NCBI GenBank assembly: GCA_964582645.1
Contig: CAZOTB010000006.1
Coordinates: 1,972 to 65,971 of the forward strand
Source: an uncultured Verrucomicrobiota bacterium
Lineage (GTDB): Bacteria > Verrucomicrobiota > Verrucomicrobiia > Palsa-1439 > CAZOTB01
Reading direction: 5' to 3'
DNA: 64,000 nucleotides
A model generated the notes under the pieces. It worked only from the letters and a program-made list of their open reading frames with translations, made no database searches and had not been told where the DNA came from. Of this stretch, positions 1 to 8,783 are shown piece after piece; within the stretch, counting starts at the first letter, position 1, and every line of letters starts with the position of its first letter. The translations under genes and the position numbers were made by a program.

Positions 1-830
1 ACCAGCATCGCCGTCGGAGCGGGGCGGCGCGCGAGGAGCGAGTCGAGCATCGTCTGAATGCCTTCAAGAGAGCCATCATGGTGCAGAACGCTCCCTTCCA
101 TGTCAGGATGACGAGTCTTGTGAACCGCCTCGAGAAACGCCCCCTCACTGAGCCGGTGACCTGCCGTGACGCCGCGTTCGCAGAACAGCACGACGTTCCG
201 ATGCCCCTTTGCCGCGAACAAGTCCACGGCATGTTGGTACGATGCCACGTAATCCATATCCACCGACGGCAGTTCGATGTCAGGCAAACAGGAACCAAAC
301 ACCATCGCGGGCAGACCACGGTCGGCGAACCACATGTGGCTCTCCGGTTGCAGGCTGCACAGAATCCACGCGGCAGCGCGGTGACGTCCAACGAGTTGGG
401 CCAGCGTCTTCGAACAATCGCGTCCGCGCAAGTAGGGGCTGATGGAGATTTCCAAGGTCAAGCCGGCATGATGCAACCGTTGCTGCATGTCCTCGATGAC
501 AAGCGTGACGGACTGCAGAATCTGAAACAGCGGCATGGCGCCCAGGAGAACGACCGTCCGGGACCGGGCCGCTGTTGCACGGGTCTTATCCGGTATGCGA
601 ATCAACCTGCGTCGTCCCACCACTGCAATCAGCCCTTCGCGTCTCAACACCTCCAGCGCCGCGCGTAATGTGTTGCGGCTGATTTGTAATTCATCGCAGA
701 GGTGCCGTTCCGCGGGCAACTGACCCTTCCACAGACCCTTCTGGAGTTTGGAGCGCAAGTTGTCGGCAACCTCGGCAGCGAGCGACGGACGCCGCGGGGA
801 TGCCACTGTCAACTGTTCAAGCTTGGTCAT
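1..830 (-). CDS. GntR-HTH / LacI-type periplasmic-binding-fold sugar regulator, 5'-partial in window (C-terminus beyond window start)
   Basis: Reverse-complement translation from ATG at 830-828 gives MTKLEQLTVASPRRPSLAAEVADNLRSKLQKGLWKGQLPAERHLCDELQISRNTLRAALEVLRREGLIA..., a paralog of the regulator at 6912..8099. The plus-strand ORFs 78..668 and 702..1025 are antisense artefacts of it. Confidence 0.7.
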   Translation of the reverse strand, partial: MTKLEQLTVASPRRPSLAAEVADNLRSKLQKGLWKGQLPAERHLCDELQISRNTLRAALEVLRREGLIAVVGRRRLIRIPDKTRATAARSRTVVLLGAMPLFQILQSVTLVIEDMQQRLHHAGLTLEISISPYLRGRDCSKTLAQLVGRHRAAAWILCSLQPESHMWFADRGLPAMVFGSCLPDIELPSVDMDYVASYQHAVDLFAAKGHRNVVLFCERGVTAGHRLSEGAFLEAVHKTRHPDMEGSVLHHDGSLEGIQTMLDSLLARRPAPTAML

Positions 831-842
831 GAGGCCGACCGC

Positions 843-2519
843 TCAGACATTCCATCCCGGGTGGTAGCGATCCACGACGAGGCCGTCCAGCGTTTTGGGT
901 TCGTGATAGATCGGACCTTGCTCGACGAACTGCCGCAGGCGCGCCCGGCCTTCTTTCGAGCCGAGATGGTAGGCGAACCGACGAAACGCCGGCTGCGCGA
1001 TGTAGCCGTCCAGGTCCCAGAATGAAAAACCGTCCACGCCTTCCTTGAGCCATTGCTCCGCGCGGTCGAGCATCGCCTTTGGCGTCTCGTAGATGCCGGC
1101 AGGTTCGTAGGTCATGCGATTGAGAATCGGGCAGAGCTTGGTGTTTGTCCCGCGCACGACCTCGATCCATTCCGGGACGGTGATCAGCGTCGGCTTGGCT
1201 TCGTAACCGTATGGGTACGGACACAACACATCCACCAGACGTTCCTTCGCCCACACATCGCAGTCCATGCCGAAGTGGCGATTGATGATCGGCTGCGCGA
1301 GCGTGAGCGCGATGATCTTCGTCTCGCGTCCCCTACCCGCTTCGGTGACGGTGCGGCGGATGTCACGCATGAGGCCGGTCACGAAATCAGCGCGCACCTG
1401 GCGCAATGCCGGATCGTCGGATTTCACAGAATGCATATCCCGGCCGGTTTTCGCGCGGAATGCGTCGGCCACCGGCTTCTCGAACAGAATCAGCGGCCAA
1501 CCGCGGTTGAAGACCAGGCACACGCCATCCGCGCCGAACTCGACGTTCTCGCGGAAGTGTTCGAGGAAGTACTGCCGCACCTCGGGATAGGCGATGGAAA
1601 GCCGGGAGATGGGCGTGCCGTCGAAGTCCACGCAGCGCCACTCGGGATGCGCGTCGTAGAACTCGTTGAAGAAGATGCTCTTGAACGGCGCGTACAACCG
1701 GGTGATCGCCATGCGATGATAGGCGTAGAGTTTCCGCCCGATGCTGTGCGCCGCGGCGATCGAGTCGCGCAACGGACAACGTCCCTCGCGCTCGAACTTC
1801 AGAAGTTGTTGCACCGTCCAGACGTAATACTCGTCGTCATCGGGATACGTCTCCTCGGCGACGCGCGCGGTGGGATACCGGTGCGCGGGCAACTTCGTGA
1901 TGTATTGCGCCGCGCCGTTGATGTCCGTGCCGTGGAGGATGTCGGTGACGTGCGTGTCCTCGAACTGCAATTCTTCTTCGAGCATATCGTCGAGGGGGAT
2001 CGGCCCCAAGTTGCCGGGCATGCCATCGGCGGTGGTAAGCATCAGAATCTCGGGCTTGGTCGGCGGTTGCGCGGGTGAGAGTTTGATGAAGGCCACGCCC
2101 GCGCGGCGCCGCATGGGGGCGTCCTGCTTCAGCAGCAACACGTCGCCGGGCTGCAGTTCCACGTCGCGCCACCAGCACTCCTCGAACGCTTGCGCCGACG
2201 GTGACGCGGGACCGTGGGCCAGCTTGCGCCAACAACGGTCGCGTTCGAGTTTCAGCAGCACCTTATCGCTGTAATTGACGACCATGCCGATGGTGATCGC
2301 GTAGCGACCCGTTACCGGCAGCGGGATGCGCAACTCGGGCGCGCGCTGGGGCGGGTTCGCCAGGATCATCGTGCCGGCGAAGTCCTTGGTTTCGTAGGTC
2401 GCGGTCTGCCAATAGCCCGGCAGCGCCCGCGTATGAAGCCCGCGCGTATCCGGGAGCTTGGTGAAATCGCAGAACCACCAGTCGTTGCCGCGTTGTTGCC
2501 AGGTTGTTTTCATAAGCAC
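843..2519 (-). CDS. hypothetical protein, possibly glycoside-hydrolase-like (558 aa)
   Basis: Long ORF with codon usage consistent with neighbouring genes. It lies in an operon-like arrangement upstream of the regulator at 830. The N-terminus MLMKTTWQQRGNDWWFCDFTKLPDT is duplicated at 3795..3867. Confidence 0.6.
   Translation of the reverse strand: MLMKTTWQQRGNDWWFCDFTKLPDTRGLHTRALPGYWQTATYETKDFAGTMILANPPQRAPELRIPLPVTGRYAITIGMVVNYSDKVLLKLERDRCWRKLAHGPASPSAQAFEECWWRDVELQPGDVLLLKQDAPMRRRAGVAFIKLSPAQPPTKPEILMLTTADGMPGNLGPIPLDDMLEEELQFEDTHVTDILHGTDINGAAQYITKLPAHRYPTARVAEETYPDDDEYYVWTVQQLLKFEREGRCPLRDSIAAAHSIGRKLYAYHRMAITRLYAPFKSIFFNEFYDAHPEWRCVDFDGTPISRLSIAYPEVRQYFLEHFRENVEFGADGVCLVFNRGWPLILFEKPVADAFRAKTGRDMHSVKSDDPALRQVRADFVTGLMRDIRRTVTEAGRGRETKIIALTLAQPIINRHFGMDCDVWAKERLVDVLCPYPYGYEAKPTLITVPEWIEVVRGTNTKLCPILNRMTYEPAGIYETPKAMLDRAEQWLKEGVDGFSFWDLDGYIAQPAFRRFAYHLGSKEGRARLRQFVEQGPIYHEPKTLDGLVVDRYHPGWNV
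2452..2506. repeat. 55-bp direct repeat, copy 1 (covers the 5' end of CDS 843..2519)
   Basis: gggagcttggtgaaatcGcagaaccaccagtcgttgccgcgttgttgccaggttg matches 3785..3839 with one mismatch. Weaker similarity extends about 10 bp on both sides. Confidence 0.9.
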
Positions 2520-2533
2520 AATCCTCGTGGGGT

Positions 2534-3685
2534 TCAGTCAAGGACGCTGCCGGTGGCCAAAGCCTTGAAGAAGCGTTGAAGCGGCCAGATGCGGATCGAA
2601 CCGTCCTTGAGTTCGGCGGATCCGGTGTAAACACCGTGGGCGCTGGTCAGAATCTTGTCGGCCAGCAGAGTCTTTAGCGACGTGCTGTATTCACTGCGCC
2701 ACGTGGCAGCCGCCTTGACCTCGATTCCCACGGCCCTCTTTGCGCGCGTCCAGATGAAGTCCACTTCGGTTCCGTTTGGAGTGCGCCAGTAATGGAGTTG
2801 GCCCCCGAGGTTTTGGAATGCAAGTGCTGCGCGCAATTCGTGGAGCACCCATGTTTCGAGCAGGAAACCGCGTTCGCTCCCCTCCAGCGGTTCGCGCAGG
2901 CGACCGGCCAGCGCGCGGGCCACCCCGGGGTCGAACAGGTAAAACTTCGGACTCGCGACCTCTTTGACTTTGGCGCGCCGCCGCCATGCCGGCAGCCAAA
3001 ACCCGATGAGGGTGTCCACCAAGGTCGAGAAGTAACCTTGCACGGTGGGTCGCGCCACGGCGGCATCGCGCGAAAGGCCGGCGACGTTGACGATCTGGCC
3101 ATTCATCAAAGCGGCGATTTCGAGGAAGCGAGCGAAAGAATCGAGGTTGCGGACAAGAGCCTCCTGCTGGATTTCCTCGCGGATGTAGTTCGCGACATAG
3201 GCATCGAGAGCTTCCACGGCGTGGGCCGGCTCCGTCACAATCTGCGGCAGCAAACCCGTGCGCAGCACACGGTCGAGGTCGCAGTTGTACTTCAACTCTG
3301 CCGCAGTCAAAGGGAAGAACTGGCGGTTGAGGGCGCGGCCGGCGAGGAGATTGACGTCGAGGCGTTTCAGTTTGCGGGCGCTCGAGCCGCTGAGAGCGAA
3401 ATGATAGGCGCGACCATGGTCCGCGATCAGGGAGTGGACCTCGTTGAGCAGTGACGGCAGCCGCTGAACTTCATCCACCACGATCCAGGTCCCGCGGGGA
3501 CACGCTTCGACCTGGTGGCGGAAGGACTCCGGTTGCCGGCTCATCGCCAGAATGGTCTGCGTTCGAAGCAGGTCAAACCAGAGCGCGTCGGGCAAGGCTT
3601 GCTTCAGCCAGGTCGTCTTGCCGGTGCCCCGCGGACCGAAAAGGAAGAACGAGCGATCCGGCAACGAAAGAAGCCGTGGAATCAT
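2534..3685 (-). CDS. AAA+ superfamily ATPase, DUF4143/COG1373-type
   Basis: Walker A motif GPRGTGKTT near the N-terminus and a DUF4143-like C-terminal region. A single gene bracketed by the 55-bp direct repeats. Confidence 0.9.
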   Translation of the reverse strand: MIPRLLSLPDRSFFLFGPRGTGKTTWLKQALPDALWFDLLRTQTILAMSRQPESFRHQVEACPRGTWIVVDEVQRLPSLLNEVHSLIADHGRAYHFALSGSSARKLKRLDVNLLAGRALNRQFFPLTAAELKYNCDLDRVLRTGLLPQIVTEPAHAVEALDAYVANYIREEIQQEALVRNLDSFARFLEIAALMNGQIVNVAGLSRDAAVARPTVQGYFSTLVDTLIGFWLPAWRRRAKVKEVASPKFYLFDPGVARALAGRLREPLEGSERGFLLETWVLHELRAALAFQNLGGQLHYWRTPNGTEVDFIWTRAKRAVGIEVKAAATWRSEYSTSLKTLLADKILTSAHGVYTGSAELKDGSIRIWPLQRFFKALATGSVLD

Positions 3686-3867
3686 CGCCAGCAGATTAGC
3701 GGTAAATCTGCTGGCGGTCTATGCAAATCTGCCTCCGCTTGCAGGCAGGTCGGCGGCACCCCGTTGCGCCAGCCGTGCGTGTCGGGGAGCTTGGTGAAAT
3801 CACAGAACCACCAGTCGTTGCCGCGTTGTTGCCAGGTTGAGCTCATAGGCAAAATGATTGCGGGCAA
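3682..3867 (-). pseudogene. Duplicated 5' fragment of the 843..2519 gene (only about the first 25 codons conserved, then divergent/out-of-frame)
   Basis: Encodes MSSTWQQRGNDWWFCDFTKLPDTHG... compared with MLMKTTWQQRGNDWWFCDFTKLPDTRG... in the full gene. It has no glycosidase-like body. Confidence 0.5.
3785..3839. repeat. 55-bp direct repeat, copy 2
   Basis: Near-identical to 2452..2506. Confidence 0.9.
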
Positions 3868-3900
3868 AATGATTCTGGCTTCAAATGATCTTGCCCGAAA

Positions 3901-5022
3901 TCATTTTGCCTGAGAAATCCTCAACCGCATCCACCGGATGTTCGTAATGGCATCCTCCTGACACCAGAAGACGAGGAATACTGCACCGCTGGGTAGCAGG
4001 GCCATCTGTGGAAAACCGAACTTCAGCCCGCTCAACTCCTCGCTTCGGTTGCCGACGCCCGTCATACCACTCGTCGCGCCCTGCCAAAGAGGGGCTTCGC
4101 ACAGATTGACCCATCGGTCCTTTTCGATGCGCGCGTGCGTGCCCCACAAGCCCGGCTTGTCGTGACGCCGATACGCTGCGAGCACGTGGTTGTCCCCGGC
4201 ATGAAGAAGCTTGCAAGTCTGAGCGAGAAAACCGGTGGGCCGCGGCGCCGAGAACGTACGTCCACGGTCGCGGCTGATGGTGTACGGCGTGGGATGTGTC
4301 TTGCCGGATTTCGGATCATAGACCCACGCCACGCTCACCAACCGTCCGTCAGCCAGCACGGTCACGCCTTGCTCCCAATGGATGCAGCCGGTCTTGCGTC
4401 CGTCGAATGTGCACCCCCAGATCGGCCATGTCCTGCCTCCGTCTTCACTGATGAGGATACCGGCTTGCTCGCCGTTGGGCAACTCGCCGTCCCAGCCGCG
4501 CCAGGTCGAGACGGGCGCGAACAAATCCCCACCCGGCATCTCGCGGACCGGATGACAGATCTCCCATGCGGGTCCACGAAATGGAGGCGTGAGAATGCGC
4601 GGCGCGGACCAACTCCGGCCGCCGTCCCGGCTTTCAACCGCGATCAGGTCGGAGGGAACGTAACCGAGGTTGGCGCGGTTGAGCACGCCTTCCTCCGGAT
4701 CGTCGCGATACATCAGCAGGCCGAACCCGAACATGCGCCCGTCGGAGAGCAGGCTCGTGCGGATCGTGTGCGTGGTCGGCCTGCCAGGGGGCGTCGAGAT
4801 CAACGGCCCTTGCAGTTCCCAACTCTTGCCGTCGTCGGTCGAGCGCGACAGTACGGTATGATAGTCCATACTCTCCGGCCCCTGGCCGATGTCGAACGTA
4901 CAAACCAACTCGCCGTTCGCCAGCCGTGAGATTGCCGGGTGCATCGCGTGGATGGCACGCAGATGCGGTTTGGGATTGCGGAAGACGAGGCCGGTCTCTG
5001 CGACGTGGATGGACGAAGTCAT
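3901..5022 (-). CDS. BNR/Asp-box repeat glycosyl hydrolase, exo-alpha-sialidase-like (GH33-like beta-propeller)
   Basis: Four Asp-box motifs (STDDGKSW, SRDGGRSW, SEDGGRTW, SRDRGRTF), 373 aa. Confidence 0.85.
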   Translation of the reverse strand: MTSSIHVAETGLVFRNPKPHLRAIHAMHPAISRLANGELVCTFDIGQGPESMDYHTVLSRSTDDGKSWELQGPLISTPPGRPTTHTIRTSLLSDGRMFGFGLLMYRDDPEEGVLNRANLGYVPSDLIAVESRDGGRSWSAPRILTPPFRGPAWEICHPVREMPGGDLFAPVSTWRGWDGELPNGEQAGILISEDGGRTWPIWGCTFDGRKTGCIHWEQGVTVLADGRLVSVAWVYDPKSGKTHPTPYTISRDRGRTFSAPRPTGFLAQTCKLLHAGDNHVLAAYRRHDKPGLWGTHARIEKDRWVNLCEAPLWQGATSGMTGVGNRSEELSGLKFGFPQMALLPSGAVFLVFWCQEDAITNIRWMRLRISQAK

Positions 5023-5087
5023 GGGAAGGTTCTACCAGAAGTCTCGGGAATCGCCATCGGAATGTGGGGTCCAAGCGCAGTTCGTCT

Positions 5088-5156
5088 CAAGCTGAAGCTG
5101 GTACTCCAACCGATAGCTGCTCGATGGCTTCCGTTGGGAGTACAAGCTTCAGCTTG
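5088..5156. repeat. Hairpin repeat element, copy 1 (25-nt arms caagctgaagctggtactccaaccg / cgttgggagtacaagcttcagcttg, 19-nt loop)
   Basis: Imperfect inverted repeat 66 bp upstream of the BNR gene start. Homologous to the elements at 19917..19985 and 41548..41616. Confidence 0.85.
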
Positions 5157-5200
5157 CGTTTGGTCGGGCTCGGAAAAAAACCGAAATGTGCCCGACGAGG

Positions 5201-5956
5201 TTACGGTCCCCAGAAGTCGTAGCCGCCGTAGGCGCACCACTGATTCCAATCCGACGGCCAGGGCAGCGTGTTCTGCCACCATGCGCTGCCGAAGTTCATT
5301 GGCCCGCTGTTGTGGATGAACTCACCGTGCCCGTCCACGAAAACGAAGTTCAACCCTCGCCCTTGATGCCGTGGATACTCGTAGGTGCCGGATCCCCACT
5401 CGCCAAATGCCGGCCGATCGAGATAGCTCGGTTCAATGAAGTACCACGCCAGACACTCCGCCACCAGCACAGTGGTGTGCCGCCTTCTGGCCTCCGCGAG
5501 CGAATGCGTGGTGGCCGAGCCGGTGGCGAGCACGAATGCGCTGTTGGCTCCGTAGGGAACGCTGCCGCTCAGCCCCGCGCGGAGACTCGGACATCCGCGA
5601 CTTCGTTCGTTGCCATAAATGCGATTGATCAATCCATTCCCATTCCAGACGTTCGAGCCGCCGAGGTACGGAATGACCGCGACGTCCCATGCGTTCCCGC
5701 AGTGGTTGGTGTCGAGGTAGCCGTTGTTGTCCTCCGCGAGTAACTGCGTGCCGATGCCGACCTGCCGGAGATTGGCGAGACAGGCCGTGCGTTTGGCGGT
5801 TTCCCGGGCGTTCTGCAGAGCAGGCAAAAGCATCGCGGCGAGGATTGCGATGATCGCGACAACGACGAGGAGCTCGATGAGGGTGAAACTGGCCCGATGC
5901 TGGATTCTGGATGCTTGGTACTGGATACCCAGCATCAAGGATCGAGCATCCAGCAT
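5201..5956 (-). CDS. Prepilin-type N-terminal cleavage/methylation domain protein with DUF1559 (H-X9/10-DG) C-terminus
   Basis: [25 protein letters not shown]-terminal pilin-like helix and C-terminal [10 protein letters not shown]. The start is taken at the internal Met (MLDARS...) because the ORF track's 6016 start overlaps the upstream PEP-CTERM gene. Confidence 0.8.
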   Translation of the reverse strand: MLDARSLMLGIQYQASRIQHRASFTLIELLVVVAIIAILAAMLLPALQNARETAKRTACLANLRQVGIGTQLLAEDNNGYLDTNHCGNAWDVAVIPYLGGSNVWNGNGLINRIYGNERSRGCPSLRAGLSGSVPYGANSAFVLATGSATTHSLAEARRRHTTVLVAECLAWYFIEPSYLDRPAFGEWGSGTYEYPRHQGRGLNFVFVDGHGEFIHNSGPMNFGSAWWQNTLPWPSDWNQWCAYGGYDFWGP

Positions 5957-5970
5957 CTGCTCTCCACGGC

Positions 5971-6840
5971 TCATTCGCGCCGACGAAGGACGAGCAGGAC
6001 GCCACTTGCCGCACACAACAGGGCCGCGCTTGTCGGCTCGGGGACCACCAGTGTGAAATCATCGAAGCCGGCTCGCCGGCTCGCCTCGCCGGTTGTAGTT
6101 CCAAGCGACAAGACAATGCTTTGAATCTTCGAAAGGTCCCCACCCGCCCAGGTCAGCCCGCTGACATCGGCGCCATTTAGCGCGAGGCGGAAGGTGTCGC
6201 TTACGAAATCCGCCTGGATGGTCAGGTCCTGCCACGTGTTGACCTTGAATACCATGCCGGGAATCGTGTGTGTACCGCTGCCGTCCACGTACTGCACCGT
6301 TCCATCCAATCCGGAGCCGCCGTCGCGCAATCGAATGTCGAAGGCCGGACTCGTACCAACTGTTGCAGCGCTATCATAGCCAGTGATTCGCACGGCGCCG
6401 CGCCAGCCATCGTGCCCCGAGAGGCCGAAAATCTTGGTCGTCAGATCGAGCGCGGTGGCTGATTGCATCAAGGCCTGATCTGTGACCGAGATCGGCGCCC
6501 ATGCCTGCCCGACATTGCCACCCGTGTCGAAGCTCTGCATCGTGTGGAGGTACTGTTGACCGGAGGCAGCGGCAAAGGACGGGTAAGAAAACCCACCGGT
6601 CAGGTTCTGTGGATGTCGCACCTCTTGCACGTAGTACACCTGGTCCTCGACGACCGCCCAACTCGGTCCGACCACCGGGGTGGTGGGATCGTTGTCACTC
6701 GTTTCCAGCCAGTACGTGGCCGAGGACACCGGACTCTCGAAATCGTCTTTGAAGATGACGGTCTGTGCAGTGGCCGATGCGGCCCATGCCCATGCGGCGG
6801 CGACTGCGATCAAAACTTTGCCGTAGCGTTGTGTGCTCAT
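5971..6840 (-). CDS. PEP-CTERM sorting-domain secreted protein
   Basis: Signal peptide [26 protein letters not shown]. The C-terminus [25 protein letters not shown] has a PEP motif, a TM helix and an Arg-rich tail. Confidence 0.85.
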   Translation of the reverse strand: MSTQRYGKVLIAVAAAWAWAASATAQTVIFKDDFESPVSSATYWLETSDNDPTTPVVGPSWAVVEDQVYYVQEVRHPQNLTGGFSYPSFAAASGQQYLHTMQSFDTGGNVGQAWAPISVTDQALMQSATALDLTTKIFGLSGHDGWRGAVRITGYDSAATVGTSPAFDIRLRDGGSGLDGTVQYVDGSGTHTIPGMVFKVNTWQDLTIQADFVSDTFRLALNGADVSGLTWAGGDLSKIQSIVLSLGTTTGEASRRAGFDDFTLVVPEPTSAALLCAASGVLLVLRRRE

Positions 6841-6911
6841 AATGTTTCTCCGTCTTTGTTCGGAGCCTACGAGTCACACGCAACCGAGTCGAGGTGCTCG
6901 ATTTGGTCACC

Positions 6912-8099
6912 TCAGGTAACCAACCGTCGCGGGGCCGATACCGAACCGCCCGCGACGAATCGCGGCATGATTCGCACCGGCATGGGTCGGCGCGGCCCGT
7001 CACGCGCCGTCTGCAACACCATTCGCGCGAGCTGCCGGGCAAACGCAAACGGATCGAGCGCATATCGCGACACCGTTGGGATCACGTACCGCAGACAAGG
7101 ATCGTCGCCCATCGAGATGATTGACACATCCGCCGGCACGCGCAGCCCGATTCTCGTCAGGTGTCCGAGGACGGTCAGCACTTCCAGCGCGTCTGAAACC
7201 ACCAGCGCGGTCGGGGAGGATTGACTCTGTAACAGCGACTCCACCGTCCGACAGAGGGCTTCCACCGTACCGTCATGATGCACAATGCGCGCGGTCACTC
7301 GCCCTCGTTCGAGCTTCTGGACTGCGAACGAGAAGCCGCGTTCGAGTTGGTGGTATCCGGCTAATTCACTCTGGAGAATCAGCAGGGCGATGTTTTTGTG
7401 TCCTTTTGCCAGGAGCAAATCCACGGCATGCTGGGCGGCTGCCTGATTGTCAATGTCCACCGAGGGCAACGGCACGTCCGCCTCGCACGAACCAAACACG
7501 ACCGACGGCAACCCCCTCCCGGCGAACCAGCGATGTGTCTCCCGTTGCACGCTCCAGAGAATCCAGCAATCGGCGGGCATCTGCCCGACGGTCTTCGACA
7601 GCGTGCGCGCGCAATCATGGAGTCCGAACCGAGGACTGATGGCAATCTGCAGCTCCAGTCCTGCGCGATACAACTGTTTCTGCAAATCCTCCAGCACGAC
7701 AGTGAACCGCTGATGGACAACATCCAGCGGCGTTGCTCCCAGAATCTGCACCCGCCCGGTGGTCTCCCGCCGCGCTGCCCGCGCGGGACGAATCGTGATG
7801 AGACGTCGCCGAGTACTCGACATGCGGAGCCAGCCCTGACGTTGCAGTTGATCGAGCGCGGTGCGCAGTGTCTTGCGACTGACCTGGAGTTCGTCGCACA
7901 GGCGCCGCTCGGCGGGAAGCGACCCCTTCCACTCGCCCTCGCGCAGCTTTCCTTTCAGGATTTCCACGACCTGTGTGGCGAGCGGCAGCCGGTGAGGCAA
8001 TGCCGTTACATCCTTCCCCTGTGTCCGAGCAGCGCGCACGTCGTGGCATGTAGCAGAAGATGACGGGGAAAGCCAAGCACGTCGTTCGTGCGCGCGCAT
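6912..8099 (-). CDS. GntR-HTH / LacI-type sugar-binding transcriptional regulator
   Basis: GntR-like HTH (LCDELQVSRKTLRTALDQLQRQGWL) followed by a periplasmic-binding-protein-like effector domain. The true start may be downstream of 8099. The plus-strand ORF 7398..8063 is its antisense. Confidence 0.85.
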   Translation of the reverse strand: MRAHERRAWLSPSSSATCHDVRAARTQGKDVTALPHRLPLATQVVEILKGKLREGEWKGSLPAERRLCDELQVSRKTLRTALDQLQRQGWLRMSSTRRRLITIRPARAARRETTGRVQILGATPLDVVHQRFTVVLEDLQKQLYRAGLELQIAISPRFGLHDCARTLSKTVGQMPADCWILWSVQRETHRWFAGRGLPSVVFGSCEADVPLPSVDIDNQAAAQHAVDLLLAKGHKNIALLILQSELAGYHQLERGFSFAVQKLERGRVTARIVHHDGTVEALCRTVESLLQSQSSPTALVVSDALEVLTVLGHLTRIGLRVPADVSIISMGDDPCLRYVIPTVSRYALDPFAFARQLARMVLQTARDGPRRPMPVRIMPRFVAGGSVSAPRRLVT

Positions 8100-8200
8100 C
8101 CCTGAGACAGGACAGCAAGAATGATTTCACACTTCCCGAAGTATGCAATCATCCTTGCTGCGCGCCGCTGTCGCGGCACAGCGGGCATCCTGACGGTTGG

Positions 8201-8560
8201 TCACTTCAATGTTCCGTCCGGGTTATACTTGGCGCATTCCGCGAGATGGTCGCGCTCGATCATTTCGGCAAGTTCGTTGCGATCCTTGAAGACCTGCATC
8301 GTCGGCACCTTGAACTTTGTCTTTCTCCATCGCTTCCTCTTTTCGAAGTTCATCAGCAACGTCTGCCCGGTGGTGTTATCATCCACGATGAAGATCGGGC
8401 GTCGCTCCCACTTGATGGCGGGAAACAGCTCGTGCTGCTGCAACTCGTGGTCGGGCGGTAATGCTTCCTTGATCTGGGCAATGAACTCGTCCGCGAACTC
8501 AAGGTAGATCAAAGTCCATGGCCATTTGACTTCGAGAGCGTCGTTCTTGGTTGTTGTCAT
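8201..8560 (-). CDS. hypothetical small protein (119 aa), locally lower GC
   Basis: Clean ORF with GC about 52% against about 64% in the flanks. No recognisable motif. Confidence 0.45.
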   Translation of the reverse strand: MTTTKNDALEVKWPWTLIYLEFADEFIAQIKEALPPDHELQQHELFPAIKWERRPIFIVDDNTTGQTLLMNFEKRKRWRKTKFKVPTMQVFKDRNELAEMIERDHLAECAKYNPDGTLK

Positions 8561-8561
8561 A

Positions 8562-8690
8562 TCAAAGACGGCAGGAAGCGCCCCCGGGCAGCAACAGCGA
8601 GATGGTTGGATGCATCGCGTGGATCGCGCGCAGGTGCGGTTTCGGGTTGCGATAGACGAGACCGGTGTTGGTCACTGTCATCGAGTTCGA
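8562..8690 (-). pseudogene. Orphan 5' fragment of a BNR-sialidase paralog (about 30 codons)
   Basis: Encodes MSNSMTVTNTGLVYRNPKPHLRAIHAMHPTISLL compared with MTSSIHVAETGLVFRNPKPHLRAIHAMHPAISRL at 3901..5022. The nucleotide identity is about 75% over about 90 bp, and no body follows. Confidence 0.45.
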
Positions 8691-8783
8691 CATGCGGGAA
8701 GCTTGCGGCAAAGTCGGCGAAACTTGCAACTCCATTTTGCTTCGGCACGCGCGCGACATGTGCTCTAATTGCGGTTGAGTCTC

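Noticed and set aside
78-1025. Plus-strand ORFs 78..668, 209..442, 535..723 and 702..1025
   Set aside because: They are antisense to the minus-strand GntR/LacI regulator (start 830). Their Arg/Gln/His-rich composition is typical of reverse-frame artefacts, and their translation mirrors the antisense ORF 7398..8063 of the paralogous regulator.
1053-2078. 341-aa plus-strand ORF
   Set aside because: Antisense of the 558-aa gene 843..2519. It is Arg/Asp/Gly-rich with no motifs.
3846-3910. Separate mobile element at the sialidase 3' end (ggcaaaatgatt inverted repeats)
   Set aside because: It is too short and overlaps the last codons of the sialidase gene. It was treated as part of the AAA-cassette junction or a terminator structure, not as a separate element.
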